DNA of 58,045 bases, filler included, from Basidioascus undulatus (taxonomy: Eukaryota), in NCBI GenBank assembly GCA_000826855.1. It is 4 parts of 4 records of this genome, joined end to end, with 100 filler letters (N's around TTAATTAATTAA, not from the genome) between each part and the next. Parts side by side here need not be neighbours in the genome. Positions count along the whole stretch, not along the records: positions 29,094 to 43,526 come from JTLS01000729.1; positions 43,627 to 58,045 come from JTLS01000731.1; 2 more parts are not named here. One strand, written 5' to 3'. The stretch's first letter is position 1, and every line of letters begins with the position of its first letter. The notes beneath the pieces are model-generated. The model had not been told where the DNA came from and did no database searches. It saw only the letters and a list, made by a program, of their open reading frames with translations. Position numbers and translations under genes: made by a program. Positions 37,847 through 50,358 of this stretch are shown here, piece by piece.

Positions 37847-39088
37847 CTCGATAGCTTTCTTCCTCGGCGTGCTTCAAAGCACTTTCATACTTTAACTTTC
37901 ACGTTGGGGTACCTAAGCGACTGCTTTCCGATAGGTGTTCCTTTCCCCTTTCGTGTGGTGTCTCTGTACACAACCGTGCATTTTCTCCCTTCCCGAGGGC
38001 CACCGCGCACGCTCCTCACCGTCTCCTTGTATCTAAACATATGAATCTAACTGTTTTACCTCCAGTCACATAAGCCTCAATATCCCTCAAGCCGCCACTG
38101 AGGGCTCCTCCTTCTTCCCTCGATCCTGGGCTGCGCACTTTAACATTCCAGTGCCTCAGCGTAAAGCGAGTCTCTTCCTTCACGCCCATTCCTTCGGGCC
38201 GCTGAGCTCAATTATCTTCTTACTTTGTGCTTTCTAGTCTCGCTTCGCACTGTAGTAAAATCCGGTGCATCTGCCCACACAACCTTGACCTCCTTCGCAC
38301 AGGTCAACAGGCGCTGCGAGCATCCCACAAATTGTTCGACGCATCCGGGCATTGCCCGACAGCCTATATATATACTGGGTCGGCTAATCACTAACCTGAT
38401 ACAATGCACACACACACACCTCCTTGTCATTCGAAGTCCGTGTCGCTGTGCAGCTGGTGTACCACTGAGCAGTCCCTGTGTGCCACACGGTTCCGGGGCC
38501 GCGATGTTCGACCAGCCCTTAAAGGCTGCCCTTTTTTGGTGGGATTTGGTGGGATGAACACATTTGGCACCGGGTCACACTACCGGGTCACACTACCTCA
38601 CGGTACTCCGCAATTCGCATCCTTGGGTAGCACGTTGCGGTGCTTCGGTGGGAACCGAAGCGGGATGCTTGACAGTTCCCGGTTTGTGTTCATGCTTATG
38701 TTTTGAACCTTGCAGGCTACCTGTAAATTCATCTGCTGCCTTAGACTCTGCAAAGCAGGCGTTGCGAGCGTACTGCGTTCTCCAAATGCCCCCGAAGTCC
38801 ATCCGCGGTAAAAGCGCGGAAGACCGCGTCAGCCTTGCTGATCGCCCGCGTGCTGTGGCTTCGCGTCTCCCCTGTCTTCGCTCATCGCCCCTGCTGAGGC
38901 TCCGCTCACACGACCGCCTGCGCACTTACACGTCCACTCTATATTGAACGACCCGAAACGACACCCACACCGCGACCGCCATCGAAGGCGCCCCTCGAGC
39001 GAGCGTCCGCGCGCGACTTCCACCCCGCTCCACACCTCCCGCCACAGACCCCTCCTCGCCTCTCCTCGCGTTTCTGGGGCCGTAGACC

Positions 39089-40876
39089 ATGTCCACGAGC
39101 GATCTTGATCGGTGAGCGGATTTTTGGTGGGGTTATTGGGTGTGGAATTGGGTCGGGAAGACCCCCGGTTGAGCGACTTTCCACGGGTACAGACAAATCG
39201 AGCAGCTCAAGCGATGCGAAATCATTTCGGAGGCGCAGGTGAAAGACCTGTGCCTGAAAGCACGAGAGATCTTGGTGGAAGAAGCGAATGTCCAATACGT
39301 TGACTCGCCTGTAACGGTGCGCGGTCTTTCTTCAAGGAGTGCGGGGCAGGAAGGCGGGAGCTGACTATGCCCACTCATGGACGCGTCCAGATCTGCGGAG
39401 ACATCCACGGGCAGTTCTTTGACCTCATGGAGCTCTTCTCGGTCGGGGGGATGTGTCCAAAAACGAACTACCTCTTCATGGGTTCGTTGGAGCGCGCAGG
39501 GCTTCCTTCTTGGCTCCGGGCTCACTGACCCTTGTCTGCCTTCCCTCCAGGTGACTTCGTCGATCGCGGCTTCTACAGCGTCGAGACGTTCCTCCTCCTC
39601 CTCGCGTTCAAGGTCCGCTACCCGGAGCGGATCACGCTCATCCGCGGGAACCACGAGAGCCGGCAGATCACGCAGGTCTACGGCTTCTATGGTGCGCACC
39701 CACCCGCGTCTGTCGCATTGGAAGGGAAGCTGAAAGGGATTGCGTGGTGGGGTGGAACAGATGAGTGCCAAAGGAAGTACGGGTCGGTGAACGTCTGGAG
39801 GTATTGCTGCGAAGTGTTCGATTACCTCGCGCTCGGCGCGATCGTGGATGGGCGGGTGTTCTGCGTGCATGGAGGGTTGAGTCCGACGATTCAGACGATC
39901 GACGAGGTGAGCTTGGTCTTCGTCTTTGTGCGGGCTGGTAGGGGCGGACGCGAGGGCGTGGGACGGGGTGGGGTGCGCTCTGAAGAGGGGGCTAAAGGAC
40001 CGGCGGGGGAGCCTCCCCACGGCGTGATTGGAGAAGGACGGAAGGAATCAGTATATCTAAGAGGGACGTGGCCTAACCGCTGACCATCCTGTCCACGCAG
40101 ATCAGAGCAATCGACCGAAAACAGGAGGTGCCCCACGACGGGGCGATGTGCGATCTCCTCTGGTCAGATCCAGACGGTGGGTCCCTCCCGCCTCTCCCTC
40201 CTCTCCCTCTCTCCCCTCTCCACCCGAAAGCTCACACCCCTCCACTCTCCTCCGCCCCACCCGCCAGATATCGACAACTGGGGCATATCCCCGCGCGGCG
40301 CGGGCTTCCTGTTCGGCGGGGAGGTGGTCAAAAAGTTCTCGCATGTGAACGACCTGGATCTGATCGGTGCGTTCTTCCCCTCGCCTTTAAGAGGAGAGGA
40401 GGAGAAGAGCTAATGTGTTGTGGCTGAATGGGGATGGACAGCACGAGCACACCAGCTCGTCCTAGAGGGGTACAAGCTCATGTTCGACAACATGATCGTC
40501 ACCGTCTGGTCCGCGCCCAATTACTGCTATAGGTCCGGTTCCCCTCCCCTTCTCCCTCCCTTCTCCCCTTCTCCTTCCCCTTCTCCCCTTCTTCCCTTTC
40601 GCTGACTGTGGAGCTGACGTGGTTGTGTGGGGAACCAGATGCGGCAACGTCGCCTCAATACTCACGCTCGACGAGACGGGCCGGCAGGAGTACAAGACGT
40701 TCGACGCCGCGCCGCAGGATGCGCGCGCAATCCCCGTCAAGCGACCAGCTCCCGTGAGTCACAAGCGGTTTTGGGAAGGGGTTGAGAAGAGGTCGTTGAC
40801 ACGCGCGAGGGGGGATCCGGTTGCTGGTGGTGGTCGTGGTCGTGGTCGTGGGGTCGGGCAGTTGTACTTTTTGTAA
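39089..40876 (+). CDS. PPH3: Ser/Thr protein phosphatase 4 catalytic subunit
   Basis: [82 protein letters not shown] and C-terminal YFL. These are PP4-type residues. Confidence 0.93.
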
Positions 40877-42315
40877 TTCTACACACGATATCCGAGAAGA
40901 GCTTTTTATATACCCGAAATGTGCCTGCATCCGTGCCGTTGCAGTGGGTTGAAAGGTTGCCTGAAGAACCGGGAAAACGCTTCCCGCCTCGTTGCAATTT
41001 GTGCCTGAGTCTCAACCTGTCTGCCCTACTATCCTCATATTGCATCGGCGACCGTGCAAGTGTCGAGTTCGTCGAGCTGCCTTTGCGCACGCATATTTGG
41101 ACGCCCCGCTGTGCACCGCAACTGCCTGCCTGGCCGCCGGGTGTGGCCGAACGCAACCGAGCCTCTCGAAACCTACCTCCGCTCGGAAAAATACTTTTAT
41201 CTCATATCTTTGCCTGATGATCACGCAACCCGTCCGCGATTGAAGCCGGCCGGCCACCTACTACTAGCGATCTGCATGGTTCGACGAGCGACGAGGCGGA
41301 GTGGCGTCGTTCAACGCAATCGCGCCTTTGGCTCGGATTCTGCTTAGCTTGCTATACTCTTTAGCTCTGGCTTTCATATGTTCGGAAGGATTGAAGCGGG
41401 CTGAGCGGATAGCGATTACAGATGGTTCGACGAGCCCGGACAACGGACAGGCAGGCAGGCTGCTGCCTGCGCGATCGTTCGCACCACCCATAGCTTTTAC
41501 AATCGTGCCTGTTGCTGCCTGGTCGATTTTTGAAGATTTTCGGCAACCCAATCCGCTGTGTTTCCTCCTTCGGACGAAGCTAGCAGTAATCATTGCATGG
41601 CTCGCAGGCCACCACCCACCCACTGTGCTGGTTTCCATGAAACCTTCAAAAGCCTCGAGCAAGCTTTCAGTCCACCATCGCGGCTTCAAGTTGTAGTTCA
41701 TCGAAACGGATTCCTGGCGGTACTTTCTTCTTCTACGACGGCAATCCGACTGCAATGGCCGAAGCTAACGTTGTAGCCTCCTGGCCAGCGTCGTCCTCCC
41801 AGCCCACACGCGGTTCAGCGGGCATGCTATCTTGTAGCACAGAGACTACAATCCTTATCTGACTTTATGGAAAGCTACAACAGCGCGAGGCGTCTGCCCA
41901 CCGCCCCGAGCTAGCCCAAGCGTCGGCTATCTGAAAATTTTCATCGAGCGGCTGGCTGCCTCGATGTCTGGTTCAAATTTACCCAGTACGTTATCGGTTC
42001 GGAGAAGTCCAAAACGCTACTAACTATCGCCTTATCCGGCCCACTCCGAACAACGAGCTTGCAAAAAGGTGAAAGCGCTATGAAAATTAGCAACGGGGCA
42101 GGACGCGCCGCGCACGTGTTTGTTGAGATTATCCACCACGCTTGTGCCCGGCGCGTTGGGCCCTCCCGCACATCGTCCCTCCATCTTCCCCAGCCAGCCA
42201 GCCACCGCTTTTGCCTTCTCCTCTCACCCGTCGCTCGATATAAAGGCGGTCCAGCTTGCTACCGCTTTCTGCACACCTCCCACCCGACCTGCAGGACCTC
42301 GCCTGAGCGTTAGCG

Positions 42316-43526
42316 ATGATCTACCTCACCTTCGACACGCCTGACGAGCTCGCGCAACTTGTTGAGGGGTCGCTGCATACCGTCCGTTTCCCCTGCGCTC
42401 TTCATGTTCTTTGGTCCCTGCTTAAATCTCAAGGCGCCCCCGACAGGTCAACTCCCCCCGTTCCTCCCCCCCGCAGCGGCTGAAGAGCCTCCTCGCACTC
42501 GAGCGCCTCCTCGCAGAGCTCGTCGTCCCCACCGCCACTGGACCAGCCGACTTGCTGCGCGAGACTCGCCTGGCGAGGCTTGTGGGGCTGCAGGAGAAAG
42601 TGGACACGTGTGGTGAGTCTCTGGTCTCGCAGTGTGGAGGAGCAAGGGGCGCGGTGATGCTGATAGGAGAGGCCGTGCAGTCGCGGCGTGTCTTCTCAGG
42701 CACTTGGCCGTGCTTCTGCATGCGTTGAAGGCAGGGGCGTTCTCGGATGGTGAGCTTCCAATACATTCCATTCACCCGGCATGTTCTGATGGCGCCCGCA
42801 CACAGACGCCGCCGTCCACGCCGACGAAGCGTGCCTCTCCCTCTCGCTCCTGCAGGGGCTCTGCCTCATCCACCCGCCCTCGCAACACCTAATCGGCACG
42901 CGGTCCTCCATCGAAGTACTTCTCGCCCCCCCTCTCCCCTCGCCTTCCCCTTTGCCCACACTCACACCCCCGCACCCGCCCACCCCAACAGACGCTCCTC
43001 GATCTCCTCGCGCTCTCCTCTCGCCCCGCTCGGGCACCCAAGACGCCCCCCACCCCCTCCGACGCGCACGCGTTCGCGCGCGTGCCCTCCCACTCGTCTT
43101 ACGCCTCCTCTTCTTCCGGTGTTGCCTCCTCGCCCTCCCCCAATGCGGGCTTGCTACCTCCGGCCGTCGCGGCGGACGTCCTCGACGTCTTGCTCTGCGT
43201 ACTGGCGGGGCAGCCGGGAGCCATGCGCGTATTTGAGGGCGCGGGAGGGCTGGAGGGAGTCGTTAGGGTGCTGAGGAGGAAGGGCGTGGTCGCTACAGTC
43301 AGGTGCGCAGTCTTCTCTCCTTCATCCTACCTCCCCATCTTCTCACGCCCTCTTCAACGCAACAGGATGAAGTGCCTCGAGCTCCTCTACTTCTGTCCGT
43401 CCTCTCATCCCCTGCCCCCTGCGCCCTTCTCTCGCTCGCTCACTCCACCTCCTCTCGTCAGATCTTCTCCCAGAATCCACCTCCGAGTGCTCTCGTACAC
43501 GCACACTTGGGATCCGAGCTCGGCGG
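42316..43526 (+). CDS. Cdc14 SIN-component family protein (S. pombe cdc14-like, not the phosphatase), cut by gap
   Basis: LLQGLCLIHPPSQHL, VLDVLLCVLAGQPGAMRVFEGAGGLEGVVRVLRRK and MKCLELLYFYL match my recollection of this armadillo-like family. Confidence 0.75.
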
Positions 43527-43626
43527 NNNNNNNNNNNNNNNNNNNNNNNNNNNNNNNNNNNNNNNNNNNNTTAATTAATTAANNNNNNNNNNNNNNNNNN
43601 NNNNNNNNNNNNNNNNNNNNNNNNNN
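43527..43626. other. Assembly gap linker (must hide several kb, including most of TRA1)
   Basis: N44-TTAATTAATTAA-N44. The TRA1 reading frame starts mid-protein right after it. Confidence 0.98.
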
Positions 43627-46600
43627 CCGCCGATCGCGCTGCCGCCGTACCTCGTCAAGTACCTCGGAAAGACGTTCGAGGCGTGGCACACGGCGATCCT
43701 CTTGCTCGAGCAGCTCACGGAGGCCGGCCGCGAGACCGAGGGCGTCATCGAGACCGCCAAGGACGCGCTCGCCGAGATCTACGCCGAGCTCAACGAGGAC
43801 GACATGTTCTACGGCCTATGGCGTCGCCGGTCCGCGTACCCCGAGACGAACGCGGCGCTGTCGTACGAGCAGATCGGCATGTGGAGCGAAGCCCAGCTCC
43901 TGCACGAGGCTGCGCAGGCCAAGGGGCGGTCCGGCGCCGTCCCGTTCAACGAGCACGAGTACGCTGTCTGGGAGGACCACTGGATCCTATGCGCGCAGAA
44001 GCTGCAGCAGTGGGATCTCCTCACCGACCTCGCCAAGAACGAGGGCAACGCCGACCTCCTCTTCGAGTGCGCGTGGCGCACGTCCGACTGGTCGGCCGAC
44101 CGCGAGGTCATTGAAGGCGCGTTCAAGAGCCTACCCGAGGTCGCGACGCCGCGTCGCCGCGTCTTCGAGGCGTACATGACGCTCGTTCGCTCGCACGAGA
44201 CGCGTGAGCCCCCGGCCGAGTTCCAGCGCTTGGTCAACGACGCGATCCAGCTCTCGCTCAAGAAGTGGCACTCGCTTCCCGCAGTCGCCGGTCCGGCCAA
44301 CGTCCCCCTCCTCCACCTCTTCCAGCAGTTCGTCGAGCTCTACGACGCGAACCAGATCTTCATGAGCTTCCCGACGACCGACGCGACCAACATCGAGCAA
44401 CGCTCGAGCGAGCTCAAGAACGTCCTCTCGCAGTGGCGCGATCGACTGCCGAACCTCTGGGACGACGTCAACATCTGGTCGGATCTCGTCGCGTGGCGCT
44501 CGCACGTCTTCCAGGCCGTCAACAAGGTCTACATCCCGCTCGTCAACCTGCTGCAGACCCAGGCGGGTGGTGCGCAGAACAACGCCGGGGCCAACTCGTT
44601 CGGCTACCGCGGGTACCACGAGATGGCGTGGACGATCAACCGCTTCGCGCACGTCGCCCGCAAACATCAGCTTCAGGACGTCTGCATCGCGCTCCTGACC
44701 AAGATCTACACGCTTCCGAACATCGAGATCCAGGAGGTGCGTCTGCGCTCAATGCCGGCGTGCTTCTGCCGATTGATACTCACCGTGCTACCGCGCTTTT
44801 GCTAGGCGTTCCTCAAGCTGCGCGAACAGGCGCGATGCCTTTACCCGAACCCGGACGGTCTCGGCGCCGGCCTCGAGGTCATCAACAACACCAACCTACA
44901 CTACTTCTCGCCGAACCAGAAGGCCGAGTTCTTCACGCTCAAGGGCATGTTCACCGCCAAGCTCGGCTTGCACGAAGACGCGACGCAGTCCTTCGCGCAC
45001 GCCGTGCAGACCGATCTCAACCTGCCGAAGGCGTGGGCCGAGTGGGGCCGCTACAACGACGCGCAGTTCAAGGCGCACCCCGAGAACATCGCGCTCGCCG
45101 GCAACGCCGTCAGCTGCTACCTGCAAGCGTCGGGCTTGTACAAGAACGCCAAGGTCCGTAAGCTGCTCTCGCGCGTGCTCTGGCTCCTCAGCTTGGACGA
45201 CGCGTCTCAGACGATAAGCAAGGCGTTCGAGGTAAGGGTTCCGCTCGTGCTCCATATCCGAGCAAGCCTACTGAAGCTCCCGCCATCGCAGACATACAAG
45301 GGCGAGTACCCGGTCTGGTACTGGATCACGCTCATCCCGCAACTCCTCTCGTCGCTCGCGCATCGCGAAGCGCGCCACGCGCGGGTCATCCTGATACAAA
45401 TCGCGAAGAAGTACCCCCAGGTGCGCAATCAACTCGAAGAGTCCTCGCCGTAAGCTGATCTTGTGGCAACAGTCGCTGTTCTTCCATCTCCGCACTGCGC
45501 GCGAGGAATACGCGCAGCTCAAGCTCGGGTCCGAAAAGCGCGCCGCTGCCGCCGCTGCCGCCGCCGCCCGTGCCGCGGCTGCCGACGGTTCAGCCGCGTC
45601 GTCCGCTCCTCCCTCTCAGTCGCCCGCGCCGCACGCACCCCCGTCTTCGAGCGGCATCACGGCCCCCTCCCCTTCCTCAGCCGCTGGGACGCCCGCCAAC
45701 TCTCACATCCCTCTGCCTTCTACATCCACCGCCTCTCCTGCTCCGCCGGCCGCCTCCGTGCCCCCTGGGGCACCCGGTGGCATGCCGCAGCCCGGTCACC
45801 CGGGCACGCCACAGAATCAGCTACCGAACCGTCCGCCGCAACCGAACGGCCAGCCGCATCCACAACAGCAGCAGGGATGGCAGGGATCGACGTTCCGAAA
45901 TCCCTGGGACTGGGTGGACGAAGTTCTCTCGATCCTCAAAACGGCGTACCCTCTCCTCACGCTCTCGCTCGAGACGATGGTCGACCAGATCGCCGCGCGC
46001 TTCAAGAACACGACTGAGGAGGACGGTTATCGTTTCCTGAACGTCCTGATCAACGACGCGCTCTCTGTGAGTACATCAAAACCCCGTTCCGTTCGCCTAC
46101 CTCGGCTGACCATGAGCACACAGCAATACGCCGCGCGAGATCGCAAGCACAACCTCGACCTTCCGCCGCAGACGCGTCAAGCGCTGAACAAGTTTGCGGA
46201 TCAGGCGACCATCAACCGAGTGCGTCTAGCCAAGTCATCTCCATATTTTCCATCGCAGTGAACATTCCGCGTCCCCTGCAGGTCCGCGTTTTCCAGAGCG
46301 AGATCGCATCGTTCGCCGACTTGCAGCTTCCTGGCTACATCCGTAAGCTGCTCGAATGGCGCAAGCGGTACGAGGTCTGCCTCGATTCGCGACCGCGCAT
46401 GCAGAACCTCGAGCACTCGCGGCGTCACTTGGTCGAGTTCCATCACAGCAAGTACGACCAGATCGAGATTCCGGGACAATATCTCAAGGTGCGCAGAGCA
46501 AGTTGCCTGTCCGTAGACGTGCGCTGACTCGGCGGCTTTCGCAGCACGAGGACGACAACAGCACGTTCCTCCGCATCGCGCGGATCTCCCCAAAGCTCGA

Positions 46601-48101
46601 GCTTACGCGCAGCCATGGCATCTCGTACAAGCGCCTGTCCTTCATTGCGCACAACGGCACGGTCCATCCTTTCGCGGTCCAGTTCCCGACGCAGCGATTC
46701 GTGCGGCGCGAGGAGCGCCTGCAGCAGCTGTGCCGGATCTTCAACTCGTACGTCTTTCCACCTGCTTCCGTCGATATGTGACAAAGCTGACGCAGGATTT
46801 TTGCGTGCACAGCGTTCTCGAACGCCGCAAGGAGAGCCGGAAGCGCAACCTTTTCTTTACGCTGCCCATCGCCGTACCACTCGCCATGACGCTTCGCCTT
46901 GTCGAGAGCGACCCGTCCTTCGTCACGCTCGAAGACGTCATCGACCGGCACTGCCACGAGCTCGGCGTTGACCCTGCCGAGCCGCTCATCATGTTCATCG
47001 AGAAGCTGCGCAAGGTTGTCAAGCCTGGTGACGACGTGCGTATCCTCTTCTTAGCGTTAAGCAGGCCCCATTGACGCTGACGCTGATACCTGTTCCAGCC
47101 TGCTACGATCGTCAATCTGAAGATGGACGTGTTGGACGAGGTTTCGACGAAGCTGGTTCCGGACGACGTCTTGACTAAGGTTGGTTCGTCGCCTTGCGCT
47201 GAAGGACACAGCTGATGAGCATTTTCGGTACAGTACATGAACCGATCTGCCGCCACGGCGTCCGACCTCTGGCTCGTCCGCAAGCAGATGACCCTGCAGG
47301 TCGCGTCTTTCATCTTCCTCTCCTACGTCATGTGCCTTGCGCACCGCACGCCGCATCGCGTCGTCATGTCGCGGTCGACGGGCGCTGTGTACACACCCGA
47401 CATCCTGCCGAGTGGGTATTTCGCAGTTGCATGAAGCAAGTACCTCGCTCATTCCTTGTTCTCGCTCTAGCCTTCTCTACACAGCAATGCATCCTCGAGA
47501 ATCCGGAGCAAGTGCCGTTCCGCCTTACGCCCAACATGCAGAACTTCCTCACTCCCGTCGGCATCGAGGGCCCGCTGGCCGCTTCTATAATGGCCATCGG
47601 ACGTTGCTTGACGGAGCCTCTGGCACGTCCTTCGCCGAGCTTGTTTGTTGTCTACGCGTCGCGCTGATACGCTTTGCCTGTGATCGCAGTTCGACCTCGA
47701 AAACCAGCTTAGCCTCTTCATTCGCGAAGACGTCTTCGCCTGGTACGTCAAGCGGCCGTCTCCGGGCGACTTCGAGATCCGCCGCAACGTGCAGGCCAAC
47801 GTCGAAGCGATCGTCTCGCGCGTCACGCTGCTTGCGTGCCGCTACGAGAGGGAGCAGGTATGTTTCCACCCGCGCCTCCTCGCCGGTTACCTTCGTTGAC
47901 GAGTACGTTTTCACAGCTCGCGCAACAGCCGAACAACACGACGCCGGCCTGCCAGTCAATCTTGGATTTGATTGGCACGGCGTCTAATCCGCAGCGCTTG
48001 GCCCTTTGCGACCCGCTTTGGATGCCTTGGTGAGTTGATCAATCATTTTTCTTGGGCGCTCTAGCAAGATTGCTCATCTGAAACCTCATCGCAGGGCGTG
48101 A
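43627..48101 (+). CDS. TRA1: Tra1/TRRAP PIKK pseudokinase, FAT-PI3K-FATC portion
   Basis: [111 protein letters not shown] and [11 protein letters not shown]. The end is either TGA at 48033 or 48101 after a terminal intron. Confidence 0.95.
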
Positions 48102-48952
48102 TGGGCTTGTGCATATCGTTTTTCTTTCTTCTTGGTCCAATTGTTTCGCGTCGTTTCTTGCTTCTTTTTTGCAGTCTTTCGGTGCTTGTTTTGAAACATT
48201 TGTATAGCCGTGTCCTGTAAAAGTATGATCATTATAACTGAGCTTAACGACGATATCACAATCGCGCTCTGGCGTTCTGCGGGCATGCAGCTATTGGGAC
48301 TGATGCCATCTTGCTAAAGACATATTCACGCTTGTTCCGTACGCAGCGCTGTTCCAACTAACGGGGGCGGTCGAGCATGTATTCAAGCCACTTCGGAGAC
48401 ACGTAAGGGCCTCTGTCTTTCAAACGTTCAGGCATGTCAAACCGCCACAGGCAATATAATTATGCAAGGAACACGAAACATCAGAGCAAAAGATGTTTTG
48501 CAGAGTAAAGAGCCAAGCAATGTCCAAAAGAGAACGGTGTGGTATAGGATTGCTTCGCAGCGAAAATACGCGTACGGCATCGGCGAGAGGGAGGCAAGAC
48601 GGAAGATGGAGAATATTCCCTAAGAGGCTCAACGTTAAGCTGTATTGAGGGAAAAAATGATAGAAATAAGTGGGAGCCGCGTATCAAGTCGAGCGGGGCA
48701 AAAACAAACTCACAACGCTCAGCTTCCTCCTCAAAGTCCCTTCTCCACGTCCCCCGCAGGGCGTGGAGCGGGGGTACCTTCACGGTCCTTGCGAGAATCC
48801 TTCGAAAATTCGGCCAGACGCGAAAGCCAGGTAGTGCCAGCGGTGCGGGAGACGGGCTCTGTAGCGGAGTCATCACCAGTCGCAGGAGGTCCATGCTGCG
48901 TCGGAGCGGCCGATGCGGGTTGTTCCGCCTCTTTGATCTCAGCGTTTCCTGT

Positions 48953-50358
48953 TCAACGTTGGTTGACATATGAGCTTAAGATGCCCCTGTGCGAAGAGGG
49001 CAGCAGAAAGGTCAGACGCACCGTAGAACTTCCGCCAGACACGCTCGATGCGCTCAAGGCTCCAAGGCAGAAAGAAAAGCGGTTCGTAATCCTCGTGTAA
49101 TTTAACAAGAGCCGAGCGGGTCGAGGAAGGCAGCTATTGCCCCGGAAGGTACGGGAGAGCCTCGCAGCCGAGGTCCTCATCACTGGTCCCACCACCAGAA
49201 CGAAGCGTCGTGCCGTGCACTTCGTGCTCGGGCGAAAGGTAAGAGGGCTGGTTGAAAATTCAGCTCCGCAGCTTGGTCGCGTTTGAGCTTGAGGCGAATG
49301 TCGTCGTGTGAACGGTGAAGTGCTATGATTGATACAAGCGTGCACGAGAGTGCCGGCCACGAAGATGGCAACGGCTAAAGCGAAGGCCGCCGAAAGTGCT
49401 GAGGACGCCGTGACAGGGATCGACGGGGGTGTGAGGAGCAACGCCCGAGAGAACAAGTTGTCGAGTAGACCGACTATGACGGGAACGATGAGAAGTGCAG
49501 GTAGGGCTGCGATGAAGCGCGAAAGATGAGTCTTCGCTTCTCCCCACCGCCGATGAACGTCGATGAGCTTCTTCATAGCACCAAACTATCGGTATGAGAG
49601 AGCGTCGCCAAGAATGCCCGTCCCGCGACCGCGAGAGCCGGGATAGAGATCTGCGAGATGAGATGCCGGTCATCGCCACTGTGTCAACCGGAGTGCATCT
49701 TCCTTAGAATAAAGAGATGGTTGCCGACGCTGGTTACAAGCTCCAAGGACCAATAAACATTGAGGCGAGCGTCCACCGCTTCCGGCTCGAAGTCCTCTGG
49801 GGACGCCAGGTCCAGGCTAGTCCCGCTAACGCCGCTGATCTTGACGATGATTTCGGTGAGGTTAGACAAAAGCTCGTTCGTCCTCGCAGCTTCGTCGGGC
49901 TTGATCCCGTTGACCACATCGACAAAGAAGGAGGTGATGATGATCGCGCAGAAGAGACCGATCTTGATCCCGGAAGAACTCTGGTACGTCAGCGGTGGAG
50001 TCTCCACAGCGGCATGTAAATTTATGTACGCACGAAGACCAGAAGGACGTCCAAGCTGCCGCGCCACTTGTCCCTCTACTTCTCGATCTCGGCTGTGGTG
50101 GACTTGTAGAGTGGACTCCATGCGCTCGCGCTGCTGTCCGGTACCTCCGGGATAGGCTGTTGGGAAGAGTCTAACAAAAGATTCCGGACGTGAGTTTACA
50201 TGCTGCTCGGTCGGCTCAGACAAACTACTGAACGCACCCGAAGCAGCCTGACGCTCGTTTATGGCCCGAATGTGGACGAGAAGCTCTGCCTGCTGAGTGA
50301 AGAGCTTGTCCAACGATACGACACTATTACTCGTGTCAGTTGAACAAGGATCAGGCAT
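48953..50358 (-). pseudogene. DUF6535-like basidiomycete membrane protein, frameshifted
   Basis: IGLFCAIIITSFFVDVVNGIKPD...FEPEAVDARLNVYWSLELVTS followed by further hydrophobic helices (FIAALPALLIVPVIVGLL). Segments fall in different frames without clean introns. Confidence 0.55.

Noticed and set aside
38569..38594. Direct 13-nt duplication ACCGGGTCACACT x2
   Set aside because: Isolated slippage-type duplication with no associated element.
41830..41855. CAGAGACTACA, resembling a group I intron R element
   Set aside because: No matching S element or P7 partner. It simply forms a small local hairpin with TTGTAG.
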